In this document: positions 33,962 to 45,800 of the stretch, piece by piece
How positions within the stretch are numbered: position 1 is the first letter of the stretch
Layout of the letters: every line of letters begins with the position of its first letter
Assembly: GCF_001194135.2 (NCBI RefSeq)
Contig: NC_068988.1
Span: 30,167,155 to 30,231,154, forward strand
Length of the DNA stretch: 64,000 bases
From: Octopus bimaculoides
Taxonomy: Eukaryota
Direction: 5' to 3'
Position numbers and translations under genes: made by a program
The notes under the pieces: generated by a model
Database searches by the model: none
The model's input: only the letters and a program-made list of their open reading frames with translations
Told to the model about the DNA's origin: nothing

Positions 33962-34191
33962 GGGCATATGGTATAGTGGTTAAGAGCACGGGCTACTAAC
34001 CCCAAGATTCCGAGTTCGATTCCAGGCAGTTACCTGAATAATAATAATAATAATAATAACACTGAAAAATACCTTAGGAATGAGAACTCAGGTTCGAAAT
34101 TTCCCCAAGACACCTGATGAAGGCTGGAGGGTATATCAGCCAAAATGTTGTGTTAACAAACAAGATGAGGACAAATATCCGTCAAATGTAA
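33962..34191 (+). mobile_element. tRNA-headed SINE with a Penelope-like hammerhead-containing 3' end
   Basis: A-box TGGTATAGTGG (33969-33979), B-box GTTCGATTCC (34014-34023), (AAT)n linker, then the pLTR-like tail with gacacCTGATGAaggctg...cagccAAAAT (34109-34154; G12 and C15.2 lost by CpG-type changes). Confidence 0.75.
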
Positions 34192-34247
34192 TTAGTGTAA
34201 ATAATGAACTCTGATAAGTCTTTGACTGTTTTTTTCCTTCCTTTCAG

Positions 34248-34406
34248 ACTGGTGAGCTTATTCGGGCAATGGAAGGCAACATTGTTGGTGCTTCAAACCT
34301 TCATCTTGCTTGCAATGGTCAACTTCTTGTTGGTTCAGCACATACAGATAACTTGGATGTCAATGAACTTTCCACAAAGAAAGGAGTGACGAATAGGAAC
34401 CTTCAG
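34248..34406 (+). CDS. WD40 gene exon W1
   Basis: cag|ACT GGT GAG...CTT CAG|gtcagg; TGELIRAMEG..NRNLQ. Confidence 0.8.
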
Positions 34407-34617
34407 GTCAGGGCGTTTTTTAGTTGTTTTATTTTCCTTTATTGTTATTTTTTTTTTTTAATTCCATTTCCAGTAATTCTTTATCAGTTGTCATCGGAGC
34501 ATCAGACCAAAATACTTTGAGCAATCCATGTTGGTTTATTGCACTCAAATGTGACTAAGGTCAACTTTGGCTTTCATCTTTTCAGGTGGGACTAATAAAG
34601 TCCCTTCTTGTATTATG

Positions 34618-34659
<42 letters not shown>

Positions 34660-36048
34660 CCATGTTCAGACTCGAAGAGAGTACCATTCATCTGTCAGCT
34701 ATAAAAATTCCCATGGGCCCACAGTGTGTCATGGCAGCGCCCCTACAGCAGCATCAGGACTTAAGCCCCACCCCACTGCAGATCCTTTGTTACAACTGTT
34801 ATAACCTCAATAGGACTTGGTAGGCTTCACCAGGCTTTTCAGTGGCCGATTGAGCCACTAGGGGTGTTCACAAACTCATAGCAAAGAAAGGAAAGGAAAT
34901 ATTTCACTTCTTACAAGTAAGGGAGATAATTTGGGACACGTTTCAGTTTTATTATGATTTCATCAGTGAGGGCAGCAATCTGGCAGAGTCATTAGCAAGC
35001 AGGACAAAATGCTTAGTGGCATTTCTTCTAGTTTTTCATTCTGGGGTCAACTTTATCTTTCGTCCTTTCAGGGTTCAGAAAATAAGTACCAGTTGAGCAC
35101 TGGTGTCAACATAATTGTCTTACCTCTTCCCTTCAAAATTACTGACATTATGCCAAAAATTAGAAAGAATTGTGATTTCACCAGTAAACATGGAATTTGC
35201 CATATTTACATTAAAATGCTTGGGTGTAATCAGTAAAAGAACTGATTTCTAACAAAAGAGTTAGAATACAAAATTGATGTTTATTTATAATTTATTTTGT
35301 TATATTTTATATTCATCCTCTTTTATTTTTTATTTATTTATTTTTTTTATTCAATCATACAGATTTGGGATTTCAAGACTGGAAGTCCATTGGTTATGGC
35401 TGATCAGGAATATTGTTCTGCTCTGCAAGTTTTGTCTGATGGTGACAAAGTTGCTCTTGGAAGAACAGACAAATATGGTAACAGCACCAGCATCATTGTA
35501 TGGGATCTGTTGGGTAACCAACCCATCAAGGAGATGCGCTATGAAGCAAGTGTAGGCAACAACGACTACATCAGCTTCTTGTGCTTATCACAGAACAACA
35601 GATATGCGGTTGCCGGTTTCAACAATACATTTGACAACAGCGCTGAATTTGTGATCTTTGACATGACATTAACCAGCTACAACGTCGTTGAACCAAGCAT
35701 CTTGAAAATGGATGCTAATCCAGAATGCACAGCAGTTTTACCCCAAGACGAAGCTGTTACTGGCTTGAGGAATGGAGACCTTGTCATTTGGAACTTGCGT
35801 AATGGTCAGCCAAGTCGCCAGCTGCTCTCTTCCTCTGGTTTGCATGCGCATACATCAGAGGTCTCAGCAATAGCTTTGTCTGAAGATTCTAGTGTTTTGG
35901 TGTCTGCCTCAGCTGATGGAACTGTCAAAGTTTGGGACATGAAGAATGAAGTTTTGGGCAGCACCTTGATTGGTCATACACGAGAGGTAGGTTCCAGTTT
36001 TTCATATTTTTTCAACATATTTTATATCTATATATATATATATATGTG

Positions 36049-36093
<45 letters not shown>

Positions 36094-37100
36094 NNNNNNN
36101 NNNNNNNNNNNNNNNNNNNNNNNNNNNNNNNNNNNNNNNNNNNNNNNNNNNNNNTACATATATATATATATATATACATATAGCAATAAGAAAATGGAGG
36201 GGAATATGAGGTACTCATCAACTTGCAGACACTGTACTCTGTTATATATATATATATATATATAAGAATAAGCTGGGCAAAGTTCAGAGAGTTTTTGACT
36301 TTGTTGACAACAAAATGCCTCTCCTTCAGACTGAAAAGCAGATTGTATGATGCCTGTGTGTGAACAGCCATGCTACACAACATTGAAACATGCGCTGTGA
36401 CTGCAGAAGACATGCGTAGGCTTGTAAGAAATGAAGCTAGTATGCTCCACTGGATGTGTAATGTCAGTGTGCATGTATGACCGAGTGTAAGCATCTTGAG
36501 AGAAAAATTGGGCATAAGAGGCATCAGATGTGATGTGGTGTGCAAGAGAGACAACTGTGCTGGTATGGTCATGTGATACATATGGATGAGGACAGCTGCA
36601 TAAAGAAGTACCGATCTCTAACTGTGGAGCGAACCTGTGGAAGAGGGAGACCCAGGAAGACATGGGATATAGTGGTGAAGCATGATCTTTGAATGTGGAG
36701 TCTCACAGAGGTGATGACAAGTGACTGTGACCTTTGGTGATATAATTAGCCTCCTGTATAAATATATATGTGTGTGTATTTTTTTTCTTCTCTAACCAGT
36801 AATTTAATACTATTTTTTTTTTCTTTTTCTTTCCCTCTTGTGTCTTTCCAGGTGTCTTGTGTTGCTATCTCATCTGATAACGAGATGATTGCATCTGGTT
36901 CCCAAGATGGTACAATACGTCTCTGGCGCACACAGACAGGATCGCAAATCTGTGCTTTCAATACAAACATGGATGTGTTCTTTGTAACAATGAGTAAAGA
37001 CAACAGCACGATTGTGGCGTTAGGTGATAAGTTCGGGGCTAGGAAACTAATTATGTTACAAGTGGTACGTTCCAAAGTACGCAAACATGTGCTGGCCTAA
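34248..37100 (+). CDS. WD40-repeat protein, 3' part (7 repeats, 343 aa), possibly the C-terminal propeller of a NACHT-WD40 (NWD-like) protein
   Basis: join(34248-34406,35363-35986,36852-37100), all phase 0, GT-AG. Repeats end IWD, IVWD, VIFD, VIWN, VKVWD, IRLWR; GHT/AHT motifs; stop TAA at 37098-37100. Start not found. Confidence 0.88.
35363..35986 (+). CDS. WD40 gene exon W2
   Basis: cag|ATT TGG GAT...CGA GAG|gtaggt; AHTSEVSAIALSEDSSVLVSASADGTVKVWD. Confidence 0.92.
36280..36740 (+). mobile_element. RTE-clade LINE ORF2 3' fragment in a WD40 intron
   Basis: WAKFREFL..RLYDACV*..MLHWMCNV..WYGHV..GRGRPRKTW, with stops and indels. Confidence 0.85.
36852..37100 (+). CDS. WD40 gene terminal exon W3
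   Basis: cag|GTG TCT TGT; VSCVAISSDNEMIASGSQDGTIRLWR...KHVLA*. Confidence 0.92.
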   Translation: MSCVAISSDNEMIASGSQDGTIRLWRTQTGSQICAFNTNMDVFFVTMSKDNSTIVALGDKFGARKLIMLQVVRSKVRKHVLA

Positions 37101-37566
37101 ATTTCAAGTCAAATACTGCTTTCTATAAACAAACAAAAATTGGGAAGGGGTGACAGCAATAAGTTTTTATTTATTTATTATTATTATCATTATTATTATT
37201 ATTTCTTCTTTTTATTGTTTGTTTTTTTTTCTTTCTTTTTAATATCAAGCCAGAGGTTCACAATAGTATGTGTGTATGTATAGATATATGTATATATATA
37301 TACATATACACACACATAAATAAAATATAATATAATATAAAATAATTGATCTCTATAAAACCCTGCTGCTCTTTGGTTTTGCTGCCACTGCAACTGCTGC
37401 TGTACTAGCACTGCCTTTTACCGATAGGTGTATGTGTGTGTGTGTGTGTGTGTGTGTCCTCATGCATTGAAATATTATACATGAGTTGGTGTGAAATGAA
37501 GCTTTGGAATATTCTTCATCTTCCTTGATAATTTGATTGTCAATAAAACTGCTTGCTTTATATACA

Positions 37567-37597
<31 letters not shown>

Positions 37598-40500
37598 CAC
37601 ATTACGCATACATATATGTGTGTGTCTATGTTTACTGTTCCTTTGGTGGTGGTAATCAACAAGAAAAGTCCTCCATCCAGCAAAAGATAAAAATGATTTA
37701 ATAAAATTAAATTTATACGTGAACTACTGTAAGTTTCATGTTCGAATAATACTGTAATCGGACAAGCTTGTATAGCATACTGTGTAGTATCCTGTAGATC
37801 TTGAATGATTGCAGGATAGTATACAGTATGCTATATAAGTCCATCCAATTACTAAATTTTTAGAGCATGAAACTTATAGTCGCTCACATGTAAATCTTGT
37901 GTTTATACTTTCTAAAGTAGTCACAACCCAGGTATGTTTCACAATGCTATGCCAGGAATCTCTGTCTGTCGCACCTTAGCTATGATAGATCCATAATTTC
38001 ATGTTGTGTGTCTTTACCAATAGTAACAATGTAGTTGAGTAGTCTTTGTCCTATTTTAGAATGCAGAAATCATCAAAATGTAACATATGTTATGGCCCAC
38101 CAGCAGTGGCCAGCAAAGATGGTTGGAATGCGTCTATGAATCTCTTCGTTGATCTTGTGCTCATGCCATGAGATGTTTCGAACCCTTAAGAGAAGCCTAG
38201 TGCACAAAATATCAAGGAGAGCTTGAAACTCCTTCTTTGTCTAGGTTTGAACTCCATAAAGATGGTTGCTCTCTATACATGCCCAGAAGGCTAGCCTTGT
38301 TATTTTTTAAATACTTGGTTGCTAGATGTTGGGAAGCTTGTTACAAGCACTGGACCCAAATTACTATGCTACAGGACACATTCATACATATATATTTGTG
38401 TATACATAAATGTATGAATATATATACAGCATGTGTATGCTTGTGTATATATATATAAAGGTTAGTTGCAATCAGCCTTCTGGTTAATTGTGTGCATCAG
38501 AAGACAGACAATGAAACTTGACACAACACAATTCTAATATGAAAGTGTTTTGAGTACTTTTAGGTTTTTGTACAATAAAATAAACAAAAGCAATACTATA
38601 TAGATATATATATATATATATAGTTAGATATGATCGTTGCCAGTGCCCCTGGACTGGCTCTTGTGCGGGTGGCATGTAAAATACACCATTTTGAGCTTGA
38701 CCGTTGCCAGTACCGCCTGACTGGCCCTTGTGCCGGTGGCACATAAAAGCACCCACTACACTCTGAGTGGTTGGCGTTAGGAAGGGTATCCAGCTGTAGA
38801 AACTCTGCCAAATCAGATTGGAGCCTGGTGTAACCATCTGGTTCACCAGTCCTCAGTCAAATCGTCCAACCCATGCCAGCATGGAAAGCGGACGTTAAAC
38901 GACGACGACGATATCTATATATACATATATATGAATGTATGTAACTATGCATCTGTGAGTATATATATGACACAGTAGAATCCTAGTGGTGTGTGTGTGT
39001 GTTTATAATATGTATGATATATATATGCATGTATGTATTGTATCTCAGGAGGGTCTTTATGCCAATAAACACGATTCTACAAAAACCCAATACACTCAAT
39101 TATTTTCTTTTTTAAAGATTATGTTGGTATGTGACCTTCTGGATGGTAATAAATTTGTGTGTCTTTTACTTTTTCCTGTAAGAAAAAGAAATAAAAACTC
39201 ATCTAACAACAAATAACTGTATTGCATTGAGAGGAATGGATTGCACAGGAAATTTTGTTGCTGATATTTTATGGATGTGATGCTCATTCCAAAATTCTTT
39301 AGATCGTTATGTTTCTGTAGAGTTTCAAAAAACAAGTCGAGTCTGATGGAACCAATCATTTTTCAACCTTTAGAATCCTGTTACTGGTGAGAGGGGGTGG
39401 TTATTATTACCAAAGATTTTACACACACACACACACACTTATACAAACGAGTACATCATACATGTATGTATATATATATACACATACATATATATATATA
39501 TATATTTTCAACAAATTGAATTTCTTTAAGTTGAAGTGACGACAATAAAAGCTGAAAACTTTTGTGATAGTTCTCAAGAAAGATAACTCTTCGTGAATTG
39601 TTAGAACTAAATGGTATCTTGGTATATTAGGATTATTTCCACCAGTTTTGTCATCCAGCATAATCTTGACGCAGCTATAATGAAAGTTTCAAATGAAGGT
39701 CACTCCAACTTCGTGGCTGCAAACCTAACAAACCTCCACAAATTAATTCCAGAATGTTTTATATGTAACTACTTTCAGATCTGACTATCATAGCACTCTT
39801 TGAGCAGTTTTTTCTCCCTTATTTCTTCTTTTGTATTTCCTGACATAAAAGCTAATTTATCAACAGTATGCAGAATAGTTGACACAAGGGCATCAGCGCT
39901 AGAACCGTTCTGAGTGTCTTATTTTCCCAATTCTATGTTTGTATAAGTATCATTTTTGTACATACATTTTTGTAAATTAATTTCTTTGTATATATATAAA
40001 TAAAATCATACATATACAACATAATTTTATGTACTATACATAAGTTTATACACATTATATATACATATATATCATCGAGCAGTATATTACTGATTATGGT
40101 ATATAACAGGTTAGAATGTTACCATCAGTTTCACACAGGCTATTGCATTTGGCAATACTAATGACTCTTCAGAGATGCTGTCAGAAGCACATTGTCTCTT
40201 CCATGCTGAAGTATGCTTCTTTTTTTCTGGCTTATGGACAACTAACCAATTATATATAAGAGTGTGTGTGTGTGTGTGTGTGTGCGTATATATATATATA
40301 AAACTAGAGTATATGTGTGAAAGGAGCAAGATTATATTTAATCTTAATCCCTCAAAACCTAAAGATGATACTCATCTTTCTTTTTATCAATTTCTTTATT
40401 TAATATTTTAGTATAAGTTAAAGAATGTAGTTGGGTAAAATTTAGCATGAAAGCCAGCTCCTGGAGAGCTGAATTCTAACCGGAAACCTGGTTTTGATAT

Positions 40501-41549
40501 TTAACTTTTATTTCATTTTGTTCTACTTTCAATGCTTCTCTGAAAGACAAACATCACGCAATCTCATCTCTCTTCCCCTGTGAATATGAGGCTTTAATGC
40601 CCGTGTAAGAAATTCAATAAATAACCAATCATAGTTGCTGAATCTTTCCTCTGAATCCCATTCTAGCATTATTTAAAACTGGGGAACAGCCCCCCCGGGA
40701 CTGTTGTTGTTATTGTTATCACGGTGTAATTTATAAACCTCTGCCTTTTGCATAATGATACAATTTGATACTTGAATGAAATATTNNNNNNNNNNNNNNN
40801 NNNNNNNNNNNNNNNNNNNNNNNNNNNNNNNNNNNNNNNNNNNNNNNNNNNNNNNNNNNNNNNNNNNNNNNNNNNNNNNNNNNNNNNNNNNNNNNNNNNN
40901 NNNNNNNNNNNNNNNNNNNNNNNNNNNNNNNNNNNNNNNNNNNNNNNNNNNNNNNNNNNNNNNNNNNNNNNNNNNNNNNNNNNNNNNNNNNNNNNNNNNN
41001 NNNNNNNNNNNNNNNNNNNNNNNNNNNNNNNNNNNNNNNNNNNNNNNNNNNNNNNNNNNNNNNNNNNNNNNNNNNNNNNNNNNNNNNNNNNNNNNNNNNN
41101 NNNNNNNNNNNNNNNNNNNNNNNNNNNNNNNNNNNNNNNNNNNNNNNNNNNNNNNNNNNNNNNNNNNNNNNNNNNNNNNNNNNNNNNNNNNNNNNNNNNN
41201 NNNNNNNNNNNNNNNNNNNNNNNNNNNNNNNNNNNNNNNNNNNNNNNNNNNNNNNNNNNNNNNNNNNNNNNNNNNNNNNNNNNNNNNNNNNNNNNNNNNN
41301 NNNNNNNNNNNNNNNNNNNNNNNNNNNNNNNNNNNNNNNNNNNNNNNNNNNNNNNNNNNNNNNNNNNNNNNNNNCCGGTCTGAGAATCGAAACCGCGAGT
41401 CCGCTGCCCTAACCACTGGGCCTCCACTCTACCTGTATCAACTTGCTATAAAAGCAGGTAGTAATCTTACCTTGTTCTTATTCTTAGTGCAAGTTTTGAA
41501 GAGTGCAGTTCGATTTTAACAATTATTTTTTACAAAGCAATAACAGAAC

Positions 41550-41970
41550 TGACAAAGGAGCATATTCGGCATAGTCTGCAGAAGAAAAACAACCATCTTT
41601 GGTTTCAAGATGAAAGGTGTTCTTACATCAGGATAATGCTCAGACACATACAGTGAGGATGACATTCCAAAAGTTGGAGCAGTTTGAATGGGAAACGATG
41701 CCCCATCCACCATATTCATTTATTCCGCAGTCTTCAAAATCATTTGGATGGAAAAAATAGGAATTCTGTAAATGAGGACAGAACAGTACTGAAGGAATAT
41801 TTTTTGTCACAGACAAGTGAATTTTGGAAGAGGGTCCTTGCAAGTCTACCAGATAGACGGAAGAGCATTGGAGAAGATGAAGGAGAGGATATTTCAGATT
41901 AAAAAAGAATTTTATCTTAATTTTGAAAAATGAAAGAAGCATAAAAAAACCACATCATTTATAAATAAAC
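41550..41970 (+). mobile_element. Mariner transposase relic (C-terminal half)
   Basis: VFLHQDNAQTHT..LEQFEWETMPHPPYS, then (PDLAPSDY deleted, frameshift) LFRSLQNHLDG..FWKR.LASLPDR. Confidence 0.85.
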
Positions 41971-42625
41971 AGGTTTCTTTTAATTTCTGTCTACTGAATC
42001 CACTCACAAGGCTGTGGTCAGCCAGACGCTATAGTAGACGACTCTGGCCCAAGGTGCTTTTTACTTGACACCAGCATCGGCCATTATGATTTCACTTGGC
42101 TTAATGGGTCTTCTCAAGCACAGCATATCGCCAAACGCCTCGGTCACTGAGAGGTGATCAGTTGTCTGTTTTTATATATTTTCTCTTCTTTTTCTGCAGA
42201 TGTTATTCATTACTGTTTGAGTGGAAATCCAGCAGAGATATTTAAACTATTCCCAGTATAGCAAGAACACAGCATGATGGGGTTCAATATCACATAAAAA
42301 GCACCCACTCATGGGGTGGTTGGCATTAGGAAGAGCATCTAGCTGTAGAAACACTGCCAGGTCAGATTGGAGCCTAGTGCTGCCGCCAGCTCTCCAGACC
42401 TCAGTTAAACCATCCAACCCATGCCAGTATGGAAAACGGATGTTAAACAAGGACAATGATGATATCAAGGGCAGTTTTGGACAGGTTGGTACCAAAAGCA
42501 TTACTATAGTCCTATAAATGCAAAGCTCAAGAGAAAAACTATCAATCTTGCCTTGGACACTTTCGGTCAAGAATGACCAAAGATCAAACAAAAAGAATGT
42601 ATTTTGGGTGTTTTCCCCATGATTT

Positions 42626-42631
42626 TTTATT
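42626..42631 (-). terminator. Candidate polyadenylation signal AATAAA of PRDX6
   Basis: tttatt on the + strand, 95 nt downstream of the stop; not confirmed. Confidence 0.4.
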
Positions 42632-42725
42632 TTAACTATTTTGAAATTACTTTACAAAAAGGAACAAAGTTTATATTTTTGTTAGACAAGATTAAAAATG
42701 TCACGTGATTGTTTTGGAACTTAAT

Positions 42726-42866
42726 TCAAGTGTTTAACTTTGGACAAGCTGTCATTCGCAAGTAACATTTCTTGGATGGAACTGAAATCTTCTCCACACC
42801 GGTCGGGAACAACTTTGCTTCTTCGTCTTCACGCACAGAAGGTACAACCATGCACTTCTCACCAGG
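42726..42866 (-). CDS. PRDX6: PRDX6 exon 6
   Basis: [46 protein letters not shown]. Confidence 0.95.
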   Translation of the reverse strand, partial: PGEKCMVVPSVREDEEAKLFPTGVEKISVPSKKCYLRMTACPKLNT

Positions 42867-45800
42867 CTAAAAGCAGAGAAATGGAATATATTAAAAACCA
42901 TTTTATTTTTCTCTTAGCCCTACTCAAACTTAGCAGTGCCAAAATGTTAAAATAATGAAGAATTTGCAACAAATCAAACTGCCACACATTAACAATTACA
43001 GAAGAAAACTAGAGAATGTCTTAATTCTTTAGCATTCGAACCAGCTGTATCTGGCCAAAATATTTCATTCGTTTTATATTCAAACTGGTCGGATCTGACC
43101 TGTCACACCTACCCAATATGGTCATTCTAAAAATCAATGACCACATCAAAATCTCAACGCTCCAAAAAAATGCAGGATTAATTCAAAAGGATGTGAAGCA
43201 ACGCATTTGATGGAATAATGTGAATGCATTGTAATATTTAGTCATCTGAGATTAAATTCTGCCAAAGATTATCATCATCATCATCATCATTTAACATCCG
43301 TTTTACATGCTGAAATTGATTGGATGGTTTGACCAGAACTAAAAAGTTGGAAAACTGCACCAGGTTCTGGCAGCACCAGAACAGCTGTGCCATAACATCT
43401 CATATCCATTTACTTTAAGAACATTTAATGGTCTGCCACATTAAACAACATTGGTGCTGGTACCACATAAAAAACACCCAGTATATTTTATACAGTGGTT
43501 GCTATTAAAGGTATCTAGCTGTAGAAACCATGCCAAAACAGACAATTAGAGCCAGGCACAGCTCTTCGGCTTGCCAGCTCCTGTCAAACCATCCAACCCA
43601 TGCCAGCATCGAAAATGGATGTTAGATGATAAGACAACAATTAAACAGCATTAAAAAAAAAAAAAACGTAATATCTATACTTACTTTCCAGTTCACGGGT
43701 GTAGCAACTTTGTGCTCAGCAGTCAGTTGAAGAGAATCCACCACACGAAGGATCTCACTAGGAAAAGAAAACCAAAAGGTTTCAAATATTTAAAATTTTA
43801 TGAAAAATTTGAACTAAGACAGGACAAAAGATCAGGTTGTTTACATGGAAAAATTTCCAACCATTTTGCTTTTCCATAGGAGTTACAAAAAAATAGAGTC
43901 AGACATCTCTCTACCACTAACTTATTTGCAAAATATTAATTTCTTTTCAAAGACATGAAAGAAAAGTAAAGACATGGCCGCATGGTTAAGAAACTTGCTT
44001 CTCAGTCATGTGCTCCTAGGTTCAATCCCACAGCACAGCACCTTAGACAAGTGTCTTCTACTATAGCTTCAGGCCATCCAAAACCTAGTGAATGGATTTG
44101 GTAGACGGAAACTGAAAGAAGCTCATCATGTGTGTGTGTGTGTGTGTCATGATGTATTGTTAAATAGCCACCTCCCTTCATACTACATTCCGTCGGTTGA
44201 AATGGGAGGGGGGGGGCGTAATCAGTGAATTACTTGGTGACATGAATGGAGCTGGTGTCACATAAAAGCCACCCAGTACACTGTGCAAAGTGGTCAGTGT
44301 TGGGAAGGGCATTCAGCTATAGACACCATGCTGAAGCAGATATTGGAGCAGTTCTCTGGTACACGACTCCTGCTGAACATTTCAACCCATGTCAGCATGG
44401 AAAACAAACGTTAAATGATTAGGAGCAAGACACCGAATCTTATGTGATTAATAATTAATAAGGAAAACGCAATTTACTTACTTAAAATTTCTTCCAGTTG
44501 TAGCTGGATAGAGTATAGAGAGTTTCAATTTCTTATCAGGACCAACGATGAAAACCTGCAAGATTTTAAAGAATATTTAATTATTAAATGGATTTAATTA
44601 TTAACTTAATTAATCATTTAATTATTAAATGTACAGTTTATTTCAAGAAAAAACTTCAATGTAAAAACCAGTCGGCGAGCCTCGAAGTCTACGAGTTCTC
44701 TCCCTTACTTATTACACCGTGTATGCGCAGTTAATCGGGTGGATTACTCCCCTTTGAATTGCAACCAGTTTCATTGAAGAAGACACACAAATGACAAACC
44801 AAGGCAGCGAGCTGGCAGAATCGTTAGCACTCTGCGGTATTTCGTCTGCCGCTACGTTCTGAGTTCAAATTCCGCCGAGGACGACTTCACCTTTCATCCT
44901 TTCGGAGTCGGTAAATTAAGTACCAGTTACGCACTGGGTCAATGTAAGCAACTATCCCCTTCTCCTAAATTTCAGGCCTTTTTGCCTATAGTAAGAAAGT
45001 TATAGTTAAACGACAAACGATAACAGAAAATACTCACAGCTCGAGCAGTTAGGGGCATCCCAGCAATGTCCTTTTCATCAGGGTCAATCATTTTTAACCT
45101 GGTGGCAATGCAGCGAGTTTTGTCCGAAATAATAGGATAGGGAAACTCACTCAGATTCCCATAGCTTTTGATATCCTTTGAAATTTAAATAAAAGAGGGA
45201 TATAAAATTAAATTTAAAAGATAAAGGAATAAGCTAGTAAAACTTTAGATTTCACATAAAACAGTATTGTGATACTCATGGTAAGTTAACATGTGTACAT
45301 GCAGTAAACTTCCTCTTATTTGGTTCCCAAATAACCAGAACTCTCAAACATCCAGCACCCAGAGAAGTAAAAGAAAATGTGTTGTTTATCAGTCTTGCGA
45401 ATTTGTGTCGTCATTAAAACAAAAACAAGCCTTGACTGCAGATGACCAATGTATGTGGTCAGCATTCATGAGAGACGTGGTGAACTTGGTCAGAGCCAGC
45501 TCAACTCATACCAAGTGAATTCTACCCTAAGTACAAGTTAGGTAATATTTAGGCAGGATAGGGTCAGTTTCGATATTAAGGGGCTAAATATGGCAGGTCT
45601 CTTTGATGCTGCAGTGGAGTCTGTGCTGTTGTACAGGTTTTGAGACTTGGACACTGACCAAGAAACTCACCCACATGGTGGACTGGTGCTATGCGAGAAT
45701 GCTGAGGATGGCTCTGAACGTTAATCAGTATAGACTGAGGATGAATAACTCAGAGCTGTACGGGAGCCTCCCAAAAGTTAGCGTGAAGATAATACAGAGG

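Noticed and set aside
33962-34030. Genuine tRNA genes (here and at other A/B-box heads)
   Set aside because: No complete cloverleaf; each head continues into a SINE body repeated across the window.
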